Virus record (IMG/VR): IMGVR_UViG_3300044448_005072
Location: 1 to 30,114 of that record
Strand: one strand, 5' to 3'
DNA length: 30,114 bases
Origin: a virus
Taxonomy: Duplodnaviria; Caudoviricetes
Of this stretch, positions 8,338 through 17,312 are shown piece by piece; the first letter of the stretch is position 1, and each line of letters opens with the position of its first letter. Under the pieces are notes generated by a model. It was not told the origin of the DNA. It made no database searches and saw only the letters and a program-made list of their open reading frames with translations. The translations under genes and the position numbers were made by a program.

Positions 8338-9124
8338 CAATAAAAATAGCAAAGCCTGGGAAGTATTCAACGGCATCAAAAAAACTTGGCCCGATCAGGT
8401 GCAACTTCTTGATAACGCTACACACAAAGAACCAGTAAACAATTCGATGTTTTGGGGGTTTGTTAACAACAATTTAGAAATGGTAAAAAAGTGTGAGGCA
8501 AGAAAGCATAATTTTTGGTTTGCGGATACACCTTACTTTGGAAGATTTGATAATAAAAATCTTAAACCTGATAATCATTATTGGAGAATTTGTAAAAATA
8601 ACATACACGTAAAATATGTTCCGGGTTGTAAGAAAGATAGATTTGATAAATTTAACATTAAATTGAAAGCACCGGATCTTAATGGAGATCATATTTTAGT
8701 TTGTCCAAGCAGTACCGGGATACATTCATATTTGGAAAGACCGGATTGGACAAATGACACTGTGGAACAGCTCAAAAGATTTACAGACAGACCAATAAAG
8801 ATACGACACAAGCCACGGGGCAGGGGTACTTCCGGACCAAGCGAGGCAAAGGTGCCTCTATCAGAGGATTTAAAAAATGCATGGGCGTGTGTGACAAGTT
8901 GTAGTATAAGTGCCATTGAAGCAGTGTGTTCGGGCAAACCAGTGTTTTGTGATAGGAAAAGTTTTGCTTCACATATTGGAAATGAAAATCTACAAGACAT
9001 AGAAAATCCAATGTTTGTAAGTCCAGAAGATTGGCTGTACAGCCTTGCATATCAGCAGTTCACACCAGAAGAGTTAGGCAACGGTACTGCTATGGAAATC
9101 CTAATGGACATGCAAATATTATAA
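8312..9124 (+). CDS. KpsS-like glycosyltransferase paralog (CPPS subtype)
   Basis: ILVCPSS, TDRPIKIRHKP, CVTSCSISAIEAVCSGKPVF, IENP..WLYSLAYQQFTPEELGNG. Confidence 0.6.
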   Translation: MLTIYAPFNNKNSKAWEVFNGIKKTWPDQVQLLDNATHKEPVNNSMFWGFVNNNLEMVKKCEARKHNFWFADTPYFGRFDNKNLKPDNHYWRICKNNIHVKYVPGCKKDRFDKFNIKLKAPDLNGDHILVCPSSTGIHSYLERPDWTNDTVEQLKRFTDRPIKIRHKPRGRGTSGPSEAKVPLSEDLKNAWACVTSCSISAIEAVCSGKPVFCDRKSFASHIGNENLQDIENPMFVSPEDWLYSLAYQQFTPEELGNGTAMEILMDMQIL

Positions 9125-9126
9125 CG

Positions 9127-9132
9127 TAAATA
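9127..9132 (+). promoter_or_regulatory. T4-late-like promoter core TAAATA, 5 nt before ATG 9138
   Basis: TAAATA-agtgt-ATG. Confidence 0.65.
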
Positions 9133-9137
9133 AGTGT

Positions 9138-9404
9138 ATGCCAAAGAAAAATCACAAAGAACGAATGTTAGAATGGATAGATAAACTCGGACTTGTGGTA
9201 GTGCAATCCGAGATTAAGCCATATGGTCCAGGCACAAGGAGATACATGGTGGGTAGGCATGTGGAAGAGCCAAAACATAATGCATGGCAGATGCCAAGCG
9301 GCAAATGGGCGTCCACTCCTGGTGTGCAAGAATGGCTTACACCTAATCCTTTGACCGGTCCAGAATTAGAGGCGTGGTTGACGGACTACGAAAAAAATTT
9401 GTAA
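9138..9404 (+). CDS. Hypothetical protein, 88 aa
   Basis: Fills the gap in the operon, has its own promoter motif, and its stop overlaps the next start (TAATG). Confidence 0.7.
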   Translation: MPKKNHKERMLEWIDKLGLVVVQSEIKPYGPGTRRYMVGRHVEEPKHNAWQMPSGKWASTPGVQEWLTPNPLTGPELEAWLTDYEKNL

Positions 9405-9949
9405 TGGATGAACAGCATCTAAGAAACTGGCGAGAAACTTACGCCATGGCAAAACCGTTTGTCACGAAGGACACTATAGGTATAGATGTTGGATGCCGAG
9501 AAGGTGGTTTCTCTGCACAAATGGAGGATGACTTTAAACATATTTTTGCATTTGACTTTAGAGATAAAAGGAAAGAATTTAAAAGAAATGTTAAAGACGC
9601 TAGTAAGTTCACATATACAGTATGCGGCATTGGAGAAAAAAATGGACATTCATACACTAGTAGTAACCGGGTGGGACGAATAAAAGATAGGGGCGATATT
9701 AAGGTGCCTATAAAAACAATAGACAGTTTTGAATATAAAAACGTTGGATTCATCAAGTATGATATAGAAGGATACGAATTAAGGGCAATCAAGGGCAGTG
9801 AAAAAACGATTAAAAAATATTATCCGGTAATAATTGTTGAACAAAACAAAGGCAATACTGACTCTGTGAAACTTTTGGAACAATGGGGATATAAATTGAA
9901 AGGTATAGATGACATGTTTAAAAATGATTATCTAATGGTCAAAGCATGA
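9404..9949 (+). CDS. FkbM-family SAM-dependent methyltransferase
   Basis: IDVGCREG, FIKYDIEGYELRAIKG, PVIIVE. Start moved from the track's GTG 9374 to ATG 9404 (TAATG coupling). Confidence 0.85.
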   Translation: MDEQHLRNWRETYAMAKPFVTKDTIGIDVGCREGGFSAQMEDDFKHIFAFDFRDKRKEFKRNVKDASKFTYTVCGIGEKNGHSYTSSNRVGRIKDRGDIKVPIKTIDSFEYKNVGFIKYDIEGYELRAIKGSEKTIKKYYPVIIVEQNKGNTDSVKLLEQWGYKLKGIDDMFKNDYLMVKA

Positions 9950-10947
9950 AGTACGCAAAGATACCAATGCCAACATTCATAGCATTTGAGCCTATTAATC
10001 TTTGTAATGCAAAGTGTTTCTGCTGTCCGTACACAACATTGAGCGAAGACAAGTCATATCACGGCAAACGGATGACACGTGAACAGTTAAAAACTTTGTT
10101 AGATGATTACGGCTCTTTGATAAAAAAATATGGAATGAAAGATTATGCATGTGGTATTAATCCATGGCGATATTCAGATCCGTTAGTGCAACCTGATTTA
10201 GAATACATACTTCAACTTTGTGACCAGCACAAAATACACGTTGGTATTACAACCAATGGTGTTTCTTTTACAAAAAAACAATGTGAAATACTCAATAGAT
10301 ATGAACACGTTCTTGGACCTATACACATGAGTGTGATAGGACACACTGCTGAAGAACTTTGGGATTTTATGAAAGTTAAGAAACAAAAAACACTAGATGG
10401 TCTACATTTTGTAAAAGCAAATTATCCGGCGTTGTCACGGCGTATTAGGATCGGTGTAAAGCACAAGGATCAAAGCAAGAATGCACCTAATAGTGTTATG
10501 GAAGAATATAGTTCAGCGACATTGGGACGTGTAAAAAGTAAAACTAATTGGGTAGAAAACAGGATTGGTGATGGTGATGGCAACTGGACAAAACCTTATG
10601 ATGCAACAATTGATGAAAACTTTTACATGCAAGGTTGTGCTATGGGCGGTGGAAGAATACTTAGACAAATGGAAATTTTAGTAAATGGTCAGGTTGTGCT
10701 TTGTTGTGATGATGCAGACGGAAAAACTAACTACGGTAACGTGTTTGAATCTGGCATAGAAGCAGTTTGGAAAAATTTACAAAAAGAACATGATATTATA
10801 TACTCAACAGATTACATAGAAGGAAAAAAGAATTTGATATGTAACACCTGTTCAAGAGGTAAGTTTGTTGGCAATTGGACTAAACCTATGCAGGATAAAT
10901 TGCACAAAAGGCAAAACAGTGTGGCAAACAAAATAAGGAATATATGA
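9946..10947 (+). CDS. Radical SAM enzyme with C-terminal SPASM/twitch domain
   Basis: CNAKCFCC (CxxxCxxC), ITTNG, then C...NGQVVLCC...YGNV...CNTC. Confidence 0.85.
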   Translation: MKYAKIPMPTFIAFEPINLCNAKCFCCPYTTLSEDKSYHGKRMTREQLKTLLDDYGSLIKKYGMKDYACGINPWRYSDPLVQPDLEYILQLCDQHKIHVGITTNGVSFTKKQCEILNRYEHVLGPIHMSVIGHTAEELWDFMKVKKQKTLDGLHFVKANYPALSRRIRIGVKHKDQSKNAPNSVMEEYSSATLGRVKSKTNWVENRIGDGDGNWTKPYDATIDENFYMQGCAMGGGRILRQMEILVNGQVVLCCDDADGKTNYGNVFESGIEAVWKNLQKEHDIIYSTDYIEGKKNLICNTCSRGKFVGNWTKPMQDKLHKRQNSVANKIRNI

Positions 10948-11570
10948 AAATAGAAAAAGTAAATGGTTTCTATGTACCTGCTAATGACATATACATCGAG
11001 GATTGGAAAGCAGGCCAGCCGTTTACACAGAACAAATGTTTGGAAAAATTTATAAAGTTTTGTGAAAATAAAAATAAAAAATTTAATCATATTTTAGATA
11101 TAGGCGCATGGGTAGGAACATGGAGCGTGGCCATGAACAAGTATTGTGGCCGAGTTGTTGCTTTTGAACCGGATCCTCTACACTATGAATGTCTAGTTAA
11201 AAATGTGCCGGAAGATATTGAAACACATCAGTTGGCTGTGGGTAATGAACAAAAAATGATTTCTTTGTCTCAAGATAATTTTACCCAAAGCAAACGTGTA
11301 GTTGGCGAAGGAACAATACCAATGATTACGGTTGACAGTCTTAAAATGGACGACATAGATCTTATAAAAATAGATGTTGAGGGATATGAAATGGAGGTAC
11401 TAAAGGGTGCAGTGGAGACATTGAAAAACACACAGTATCTAATGATTGAACTTAACAACAACACTAAAAAATATGGAAGTAATAATATTGATGTAGAAAA
11501 ATTTATTACATCATTAGGATTCAAAGTTTTTATGGCACATTGGCCAGATAAAGTTTTCTACCGTGTCTAA
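10944..11570 (+). CDS. FkbM-family SAM-dependent methyltransferase
   Basis: LDIGAWVG, VVAFEP, IDLIKIDVEGYEMEVLKGA. Confidence 0.9.
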   Translation: MKIEKVNGFYVPANDIYIEDWKAGQPFTQNKCLEKFIKFCENKNKKFNHILDIGAWVGTWSVAMNKYCGRVVAFEPDPLHYECLVKNVPEDIETHQLAVGNEQKMISLSQDNFTQSKRVVGEGTIPMITVDSLKMDDIDLIKIDVEGYEMEVLKGAVETLKNTQYLMIELNNNTKKYGSNNIDVEKFITSLGFKVFMAHWPDKVFYRV

Positions 11571-11577
11571 CCTAAAT

Positions 11578-11583
11578 TAAATA
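11578..11583 (+). promoter_or_regulatory. T4-late-like promoter core TAAATA, 5 nt before ATG 11589
   Basis: TAAATA-cgcac-ATG. Confidence 0.65.
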
Positions 11584-11588
11584 CGCAC

Positions 11589-12614
11589 ATGAAAGTTTTA
11601 ATAACAGGCGGCGCCGGTTTTATCGCACATCACGTAATTGATCATATTTTAAAAACAACCGATTGGCATATTACAACATTAGATAGATTAGATGAATCTG
11701 GTAATTTGAATCGCCTAAATGATATTCTCAAAGAACATTCTCCGGAAAATCGCAGAAGACATAGGACTGTATTTCACGATCTAAAGGCGGCATTAAACAG
11801 CCAAATACGTGCAGACATAGGTGATATTGATATTGTGCTACACTTGGCGGCAGGAAGTCATGTAGACAGATCAATTACTCATCCAATGGAGTTTGTACAG
11901 GATAATGTTGTAGGAACTGTAAATTTGTTAAATTGGGCAAAAGAATTACCAAACTTAAAAAAGTTTGTTTACTTCAGTACTGATGAAATTTTTGGAGTTG
12001 CACCTCCAGGTGTTTCCTATAAGGAATACGACAGATATAATTCAACTAATCCTTACAGTGCCAGCAAGGCCGCGGCAGAAGAATTTTGTGTTGCATATGA
12101 AAATACATACAAAATGCCAATGTACATAACACACACAATGAATGTATTCGGCCAAAGACAACACCCAGAAAAATTTATTCCAGGCACAATACAAAGAGTA
12201 AGGGATGGCCATAAAGTTACCATACACGCAGACTCTAGCAAAACTCAAGCAGGTTCTCGAATGTATATTCATGCGAGCGATGTAGCAGAAGGATTAATGT
12301 TTATTTTAAATTTAGACAATTACATTCACAAAGGAGATTTTGGATGGGCAAAATGTCCAAAATTTAATTTAGTTGGTACCGAGGAGGTTGATAACTTGAA
12401 ATTGGCACAAATGATATCAGATGCTGTGGGGAAACCCTTGAACTATGAAATGGTGGATTTCCATACATCAAGACCAGGACACGACCTTCGTTACGCATTA
12501 AGTGGAGACCTATTGAAACAGTTAGGTTGGGAACCTCGTATAAAGTTGTCAGAGAGAATAAAAGAAACTGTAGATTGGACATTGGCTAATGATAGATGGT
12601 TGCGTAACTCTTAA
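11589..12614 (+). CDS. rfbB: dTDP-glucose 4,6-dehydratase (RmlB/RfbB family)
   Basis: ITGGAGFI, HLAAGSHVDRSI, STDE, PYSASKA, QHPEKFIP, RPGHDLRYA, LGWEP. Confidence 0.9.
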   Translation: MKVLITGGAGFIAHHVIDHILKTTDWHITTLDRLDESGNLNRLNDILKEHSPENRRRHRTVFHDLKAALNSQIRADIGDIDIVLHLAAGSHVDRSITHPMEFVQDNVVGTVNLLNWAKELPNLKKFVYFSTDEIFGVAPPGVSYKEYDRYNSTNPYSASKAAAEEFCVAYENTYKMPMYITHTMNVFGQRQHPEKFIPGTIQRVRDGHKVTIHADSSKTQAGSRMYIHASDVAEGLMFILNLDNYIHKGDFGWAKCPKFNLVGTEEVDNLKLAQMISDAVGKPLNYEMVDFHTSRPGHDLRYALSGDLLKQLGWEPRIKLSERIKETVDWTLANDRWLRNS

Positions 12615-13779
12615 AAATTGTGTCGTTTGTAATAACGATGTTTCGCAAATTGTTGATTTAGGTAATCAACCTTTAGCAAATGGTTTTTTAGATAGTATAC
12701 AAGAAGAAAAAACTTTTCCCTTAAAAGTTAATGCTTGTGACAAGTGTCTGCATTTACAACTCTCACACGCAGTAAGTTTGCCTTTGATGTATGACACATA
12801 TCTTTATCGTAGTGGTACTACCGACACATATAAAAAGTACATGGATTGGTTTTCAAACACTGCATTGAAATATTTTCCGAACGGATGTAGGAACGTTCTA
12901 GACATAGGTTGTAATGATGGCACACAACTTGATATATTCAAAGATAAAGGAATAGAAACATACGGTATAGATCCAGCAAAAAACTTATTTGAATATTCTA
13001 AAACAAATCATAAAGTTGTTAATGATTACTTTAGTGATAAAATAGATTTTCAAACTAAATTTGATATGGTAGTGATGCAAAATAGTTTCGCTCACCAACC
13101 TAATCCAACTGTGTTTTTAGAAAACATTAAAAAAATTTTACAAGAAGATGGACATATTTTTATTCAAACTAGCCAAGCAGATATGGTTAAGAACAACGAG
13201 TTTGATACAATTTATCATGAACATATAAATTTTTATTGTGCGAATAGCATGAACACGCTAGTTGAATCTGTAGGATTGAAAATTACAGATATAATAAAAA
13301 ATCCAATACACGGAATAAGTTATATATTTGTTATATCTAGGAATAATAAAAATAGTAAAATTTTAGATGAATTTTTTAATAACGAAAATGCAATTAACTC
13401 TATGTCCAACTATCATGCATGGGCACAAAACATATTAAAAGTAAAACAAGATTACATAGATCTATTAGAGCAAAGAAAAGACACTCATTTAGTTGGCTAT
13501 GGTGCCGCCGCAAAAGGCAATACATTCCTTAATTTTGTTAACAAACCTTTAGATTTTATTATAGATGATAATAAATTGAAACAAGAGAAATTTACTCCCG
13601 GACAACATATTCCTATAAAATCTATAGATGAATTAAAAACAATTTCTGAGGACGAAGCAATTACTTTTGTGCCTTTGGCTTGGAACTTTTTTGATGAGAT
13701 TAAGCAAAGAATTACAGCGGTCAGAAGTAGCAAAAACGATAAGTTTATTAGATATTTTCCAAAAGCAGAATTAATATGA
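12589..13779 (+). CDS. NDP-hexose C-methyltransferase (Zn-binding N-terminal, SAM and C-terminal domains)
   Basis: CVVC...DLGNQPLAN...CDKC.HLQL, LDIGCNDG, FDTIYHEHINFY, HG.S, GYGAAAKGNT, KFTPG.HIPI, LAWNF. Confidence 0.88.
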   Translation: MIDGCVTLKNCVVCNNDVSQIVDLGNQPLANGFLDSIQEEKTFPLKVNACDKCLHLQLSHAVSLPLMYDTYLYRSGTTDTYKKYMDWFSNTALKYFPNGCRNVLDIGCNDGTQLDIFKDKGIETYGIDPAKNLFEYSKTNHKVVNDYFSDKIDFQTKFDMVVMQNSFAHQPNPTVFLENIKKILQEDGHIFIQTSQADMVKNNEFDTIYHEHINFYCANSMNTLVESVGLKITDIIKNPIHGISYIFVISRNNKNSKILDEFFNNENAINSMSNYHAWAQNILKVKQDYIDLLEQRKDTHLVGYGAAAKGNTFLNFVNKPLDFIIDDNKLKQEKFTPGQHIPIKSIDELKTISEDEAITFVPLAWNFFDEIKQRITAVRSSKNDKFIRYFPKAELI

Positions 13780-14522
13780 TTTCAGTTTTAGTACCTTCAC
13801 GCCATAGGCCAGAACTGGCAAAACGTTTATTAGATACAATTAACAATACCAAAAAGAATGATGTAGAGGTAAAGTTTTATCTAAATGATAACGATCCCAC
13901 AATTGAAAAGTATAAAAAATTACTACCGGAAAGTGTCTACATAATTGGTCCTGATCAAAGCAGTTGTTTCAGTTGGAACTATCTATCGACACTTGCCAAA
14001 CATGATTACTGTATGTTAGTTGGTGATGATGCACAATTTTTATCCAAACATTGGGATCAACACATAGTTGATTTTTTTGAAAATTACGAACATAAAGATA
14101 AGATTTTGTACGTATGTCCGAGAGATATGACAGGGAGCGACAAAAGAAGATGGCAGAAAAATAAGGTACCAACAAATAAACCTTACAAGATAATAACACA
14201 CCCCTCTCCAATTGGTGCCGCCCACTTTGTGTTACATAAAAATTGGATCAACACTGTTGGTTATTTTTTGCCTCCACAGTTTTGGCATTGGCATATTGAT
14301 AACTGGCTTACAAAGATAGCGGTAAGGTTGGGAAGAGCCTATGTGCTTCCTCACGTACAAATACAATCAAAGAAGATGATTGATGACCATACCGGAAAAC
14401 GAATAAGAAAAGAAATGAATATTATAAATCGAGACCTTGATGTATGGAAAAGAACAAGAGATCGTTATCTAACAGCCGATGTTGAGGCACTACAAAAATT
14501 TATAAAGGATTACAAAGGATAA
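13776..14522 (+). CDS. GT2-like GT-A glycosyltransferase
   Basis: MISVLVPSR.RP, YLNDND, MLVGDD, HWHIDNWL. Confidence 0.75.
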   Translation: MISVLVPSRHRPELAKRLLDTINNTKKNDVEVKFYLNDNDPTIEKYKKLLPESVYIIGPDQSSCFSWNYLSTLAKHDYCMLVGDDAQFLSKHWDQHIVDFFENYEHKDKILYVCPRDMTGSDKRRWQKNKVPTNKPYKIITHPSPIGAAHFVLHKNWINTVGYFLPPQFWHWHIDNWLTKIAVRLGRAYVLPHVQIQSKKMIDDHTGKRIRKEMNIINRDLDVWKRTRDRYLTADVEALQKFIKDYKG

Positions 14523-15124
14523 AAGCATTTGTTCGATCTAGGCTTCATGATGAATAGATTGAAGGTGATTCTATTTGTAGTTTGATTACTTTCATAAGAA
14601 TGCCATGTTTTATTTTGTTGTCCACAAAATATAAATGTTGAATTAGGCTTCCAATCTGCCTCTTTTTTAAATGCATCTTCCGTTTGTGCAGTATACATTT
14701 TAGTTCCAACGTTTTGTTTTGGAGAGATGTATGTGACAGAACTCCAGGTTTTTTCTAAACCTTCTTGATGAATATAAAATTTATAAGGCAAAGGTGGTGT
14801 TATGTTGATATGTGCGTTTATACCAAGCGTAGGATATTTTCTGTATGTTGGATATACACCATGCACGTCTTTAATATTTTCAAATAATTTTTCACATATA
14901 TCCACAGTCTCAGCATAAAAATCTATACCATAATCCTTGTAGTCTTTTGGATGTATTTGTATCAACTTATCTGTTTTAATGTGTAATAATTTGCTAAGGC
15001 ACACGCCGTTAAGTTTCTCAAAAGTTTGTTCATCAAAAGTATCATGTAGTATTTGATGAGGCCATGGTTGTAAATCAACTTCGGTGTTTATGCACTTATC
15101 TACGAATCTCTGTCCTATGCTCAT
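14510..15124 (-). CDS. 2OG-Fe(II) oxygenase-like protein
   Basis: PWPH N-terminus, HxE (IHQE), GT, WKPN..F.F, TWHSY (distal His), NRITFN (2OG-binding Arg). Confidence 0.75.
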   Translation of the reverse strand: MSIGQRFVDKCINTEVDLQPWPHQILHDTFDEQTFEKLNGVCLSKLLHIKTDKLIQIHPKDYKDYGIDFYAETVDICEKLFENIKDVHGVYPTYRKYPTLGINAHINITPPLPYKFYIHQEGLEKTWSSVTYISPKQNVGTKMYTAQTEDAFKKEADWKPNSTFIFCGQQNKTWHSYESNQTTNRITFNLFIMKPRSNKCFYPL

Positions 15125-15555
15125 TTTTTCTTTGCCATTAATTTTTTAAAAATATCTTTGTTTATGTCCAGTTGTATAAATGGTCTTCTAATGTATTTTT
15201 TACTTTTGCCATCATCGATTTGTATGTCATTGCTTTCAGTTATAATTACAGCATTTGGATAATAGGCAATTTTTTTACCAGCAAGAATAAAGTGCGGTGG
15301 TTTGTTTCTGTCGTTTCTTTCTCTGAAACACCATATTGCAATAACGTCTCTCTTTAAATCTATTTCGGTAATATCTTCTTTAAGTTCAAAACCTATTTTA
15401 TATTTTTCGTCAAAGTCTTGCCACAGTTGGTGATTTAGGTTGTTTTGATTCTCATATAACTTGTCATATTCTCTGACATCCATTAAGTTTATTGCATGGA
15501 TATGTGGAACAGGATCGTTGTGGATATGTTTCTTTTGTAATTTTAGCCAGTCCAT
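15121..15555 (-). CDS. Hypothetical protein, possibly a degenerate 2OG-Fe(II) oxygenase-fold paralog
   Basis: DPVPHI..N..D...YDKL, YYPN and RRPFIQ echo the neighbouring gene, but no metal ligands are seen. Coupled to neighbours on both sides. Confidence 0.5.
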   Translation of the reverse strand: MDWLKLQKKHIHNDPVPHIHAINLMDVREYDKLYENQNNLNHQLWQDFDEKYKIGFELKEDITEIDLKRDVIAIWCFRERNDRNKPPHFILAGKKIAYYPNAVIITESNDIQIDDGKSKKYIRRPFIQLDINKDIFKKLMAKKK

Positions 15556-16229
15556 TATGCACTGAACAGGTTGATAAGTTCTTTCTTCCAGTCGTCCGCG
15601 TACTCACAATCTCTGTATCCGTCGAACCATGGCCCGCCCTCTGTGTAGTGTAATATTTTTGGATTGCCATCTCTAGGTTCTTTATACCAACCTACCAACC
15701 AGTTGTATTCTAGTGGCAATGAACCAATCTCGTTATCATCTAACCAACTGAATCTATGCAAAAATTTTGGAGATTCTTCATTCAATAATTCTGGTGTGAG
15801 TATTTTATTTTTAGGATGTTCGCAGTTCCATAACACCATGCTTGACCAGTTCTTTCTAGGATACACAGTTTGTACCTGTCCGTCCATTTTTGTAGTTTCT
15901 TTTGGTGTATAATCGTGCTGTACTACAACAACTGCTTTTGATGAATCACAGTATTTTACAAGTTCGTGACTTGGTATCTTCCAAAGGAAATCACAATCAC
16001 AAAACACTGCCCATCCTTTGAAGTCGTTCATGTAAGGCACAAAGAATCTTGTAAAGGTAAATTCTGTCGATGCTAATTTGTCAACGGGTCTAGTGTAAAG
16101 ACCTTGGTCACGCATTTGCTTTTGTTTAAGTGGTATAACCTCAGCAGAAGGATCTCGTCTCTTTATGCTGTGTTCACACACCTGATAAGCAATATCTTCT
16201 CTGCTGTCATGTCCTACGTAAATTTTCAT
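15555..16229 (-). CDS. GT-A glycosyltransferase (GT8-like, common phage family)
   Basis: IYVGHDSRE, STEFTFTRF, FCDCDFL (DxD), YPRKNWSS, WNWLVG-like YNWLVG, HYTEGGPW. Confidence 0.85.
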   Translation of the reverse strand: MKIYVGHDSREDIAYQVCEHSIKRRDPSAEVIPLKQKQMRDQGLYTRPVDKLASTEFTFTRFFVPYMNDFKGWAVFCDCDFLWKIPSHELVKYCDSSKAVVVVQHDYTPKETTKMDGQVQTVYPRKNWSSMVLWNCEHPKNKILTPELLNEESPKFLHRFSWLDDNEIGSLPLEYNWLVGWYKEPRDGNPKILHYTEGGPWFDGYRDCEYADDWKKELINLFSA

Positions 16230-16867
16230 CTTGCTATAAGTTTATGAATCTCTTTCCAATTACTTACACGAGTTATATCTGGATGTTCAAAGTCACGGTT
16301 GTATGGATGGTCTATTAATATAGTCTTTAAACCGTATTTGAGCCCGGCTAGTGCGTTCTTTGGCTTGTCCTCTATCCAATACAGTCCGGTGTTATGAAAT
16401 TCGGCTAAAGCAGAATCTTTGTCTGCTCCTGTGTCTAGTATGTGATAATTTTTAAAAATATGTTCACCAAATAATTCTCCCAATCTTTTTTTACGCAATA
16501 ATTGTGCAGGTATGTCTGCTGTTTGAGACGTTATAGGTATAAATGTCCACCCTTCAGCGGCAAGTAATTTTACCCATGTTTGAGAATCTGGCATCGGGGG
16601 TTGATTACCCATCCATGCACTTTTATTGAATTCTCTTATTTCTTTCCTTACTTCAGTTTTAGTAAGTCCAAAGCGTTCGGCCATTTCGTATGTGTCTTCC
16701 TTGCCGTCTAATAATTTGTATGGATAAATTTTTTTACCAATGTAGCCTTCGCCAACTTCTTTATCAAAATAAGAACGTTGGAGCATCCACTCTGTAAAAT
16801 GGTGTTCCCATTCTAGTAATACACCGTCAACGTCTGTTAAGATTATTCTACTATTTGATGTCGGCAT
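16226..16867 (-). CDS. HAD-superfamily 5'(3')-deoxyribonucleotidase-like phosphatase
   Basis: LTDVDGVL (motif I), ITS (motif II), K, WIEDKPKN (motif IV), HPYN, RVSNWKEI. Confidence 0.85.
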   Translation of the reverse strand: MPTSNSRIILTDVDGVLLEWEHHFTEWMLQRSYFDKEVGEGYIGKKIYPYKLLDGKEDTYEMAERFGLTKTEVRKEIREFNKSAWMGNQPPMPDSQTWVKLLAAEGWTFIPITSQTADIPAQLLRKKRLGELFGEHIFKNYHILDTGADKDSALAEFHNTGLYWIEDKPKNALAGLKYGLKTILIDHPYNRDFEHPDITRVSNWKEIHKLIAR

Positions 16868-17312
16868 CTTCCATTCCTGCTACTCTCAATTTAACAATGT
16901 TTGTTATCTGCCATTGTTTCTGATCGAGGCCTTTGGTTATGCCAAGCCATTGGTTTCTTAGAAGTGCGAAGTCGTTCACTATCTTTGTTAGGTCTACAAC
17001 GTCATCCTCACCGTCTACGTATTTCTCTGCGTCTCTGCTTGATAGTGCCCTGTTGTAATTTTCTAGAAATTTTTTGAATGTTTTGGCTCTTAATCTTCTA
17101 AGCTCGATGTTTAAGTATTCTAGTATCGCTTCTAGTTGTTGCAGTTGACCAAATCTTTCTTCAACTATGCCCGGTAGTGATGCTGATGCTTTCTCGAGAT
17201 TTCCGTATATCCTACACTGCTTCTTTGCCTCGACTAGTTCTTTGTCAAAATATGCTGTGCAATCTGGAATCTTGTCTAGTGATCTGCTTACTTCAAAATA
17301 CCAATTAGTCAT
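16851..17312 (-). CDS. uvsY: UvsY-like recombination mediator
   Basis: Helical protein with LSSRDAEKYVDGE and KGLDQKQWQITNIVKLR, two genes downstream of uvsX. ATG 17312 preferred over the track's TTG 17348. Confidence 0.75.
   Translation of the reverse strand: MTNWYFEVSRSLDKIPDCTAYFDKELVEAKKQCRIYGNLEKASASLPGIVEERFGQLQQLEAILEYLNIELRRLRAKTFKKFLENYNRALSSRDAEKYVDGEDDVVDLTKIVNDFALLRNQWLGITKGLDQKQWQITNIVKLRVAGMEDADIK

Noticed and set aside
1-16229. Cellular (bacterial) LPS or capsule locus, or a host-phage chimera
   Set aside because: It is continuous and stop/start coupled with phage uvsY, uvsX and gp32, shares their neighbours' late-promoter motif, and lacks transport or polymerase genes.
14510-16867. 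DNA hypermodification module (2OG oxygenase + GT + nucleotidase)
   Set aside because: Not excluded, since this block may be co-transcribed with uvsX from the early promoter. However, no TET/JBP-specific features, hydroxymethylase, thymidylate-synthase homologue or DNA methyltransferase is visible in the window, so it is not supported.
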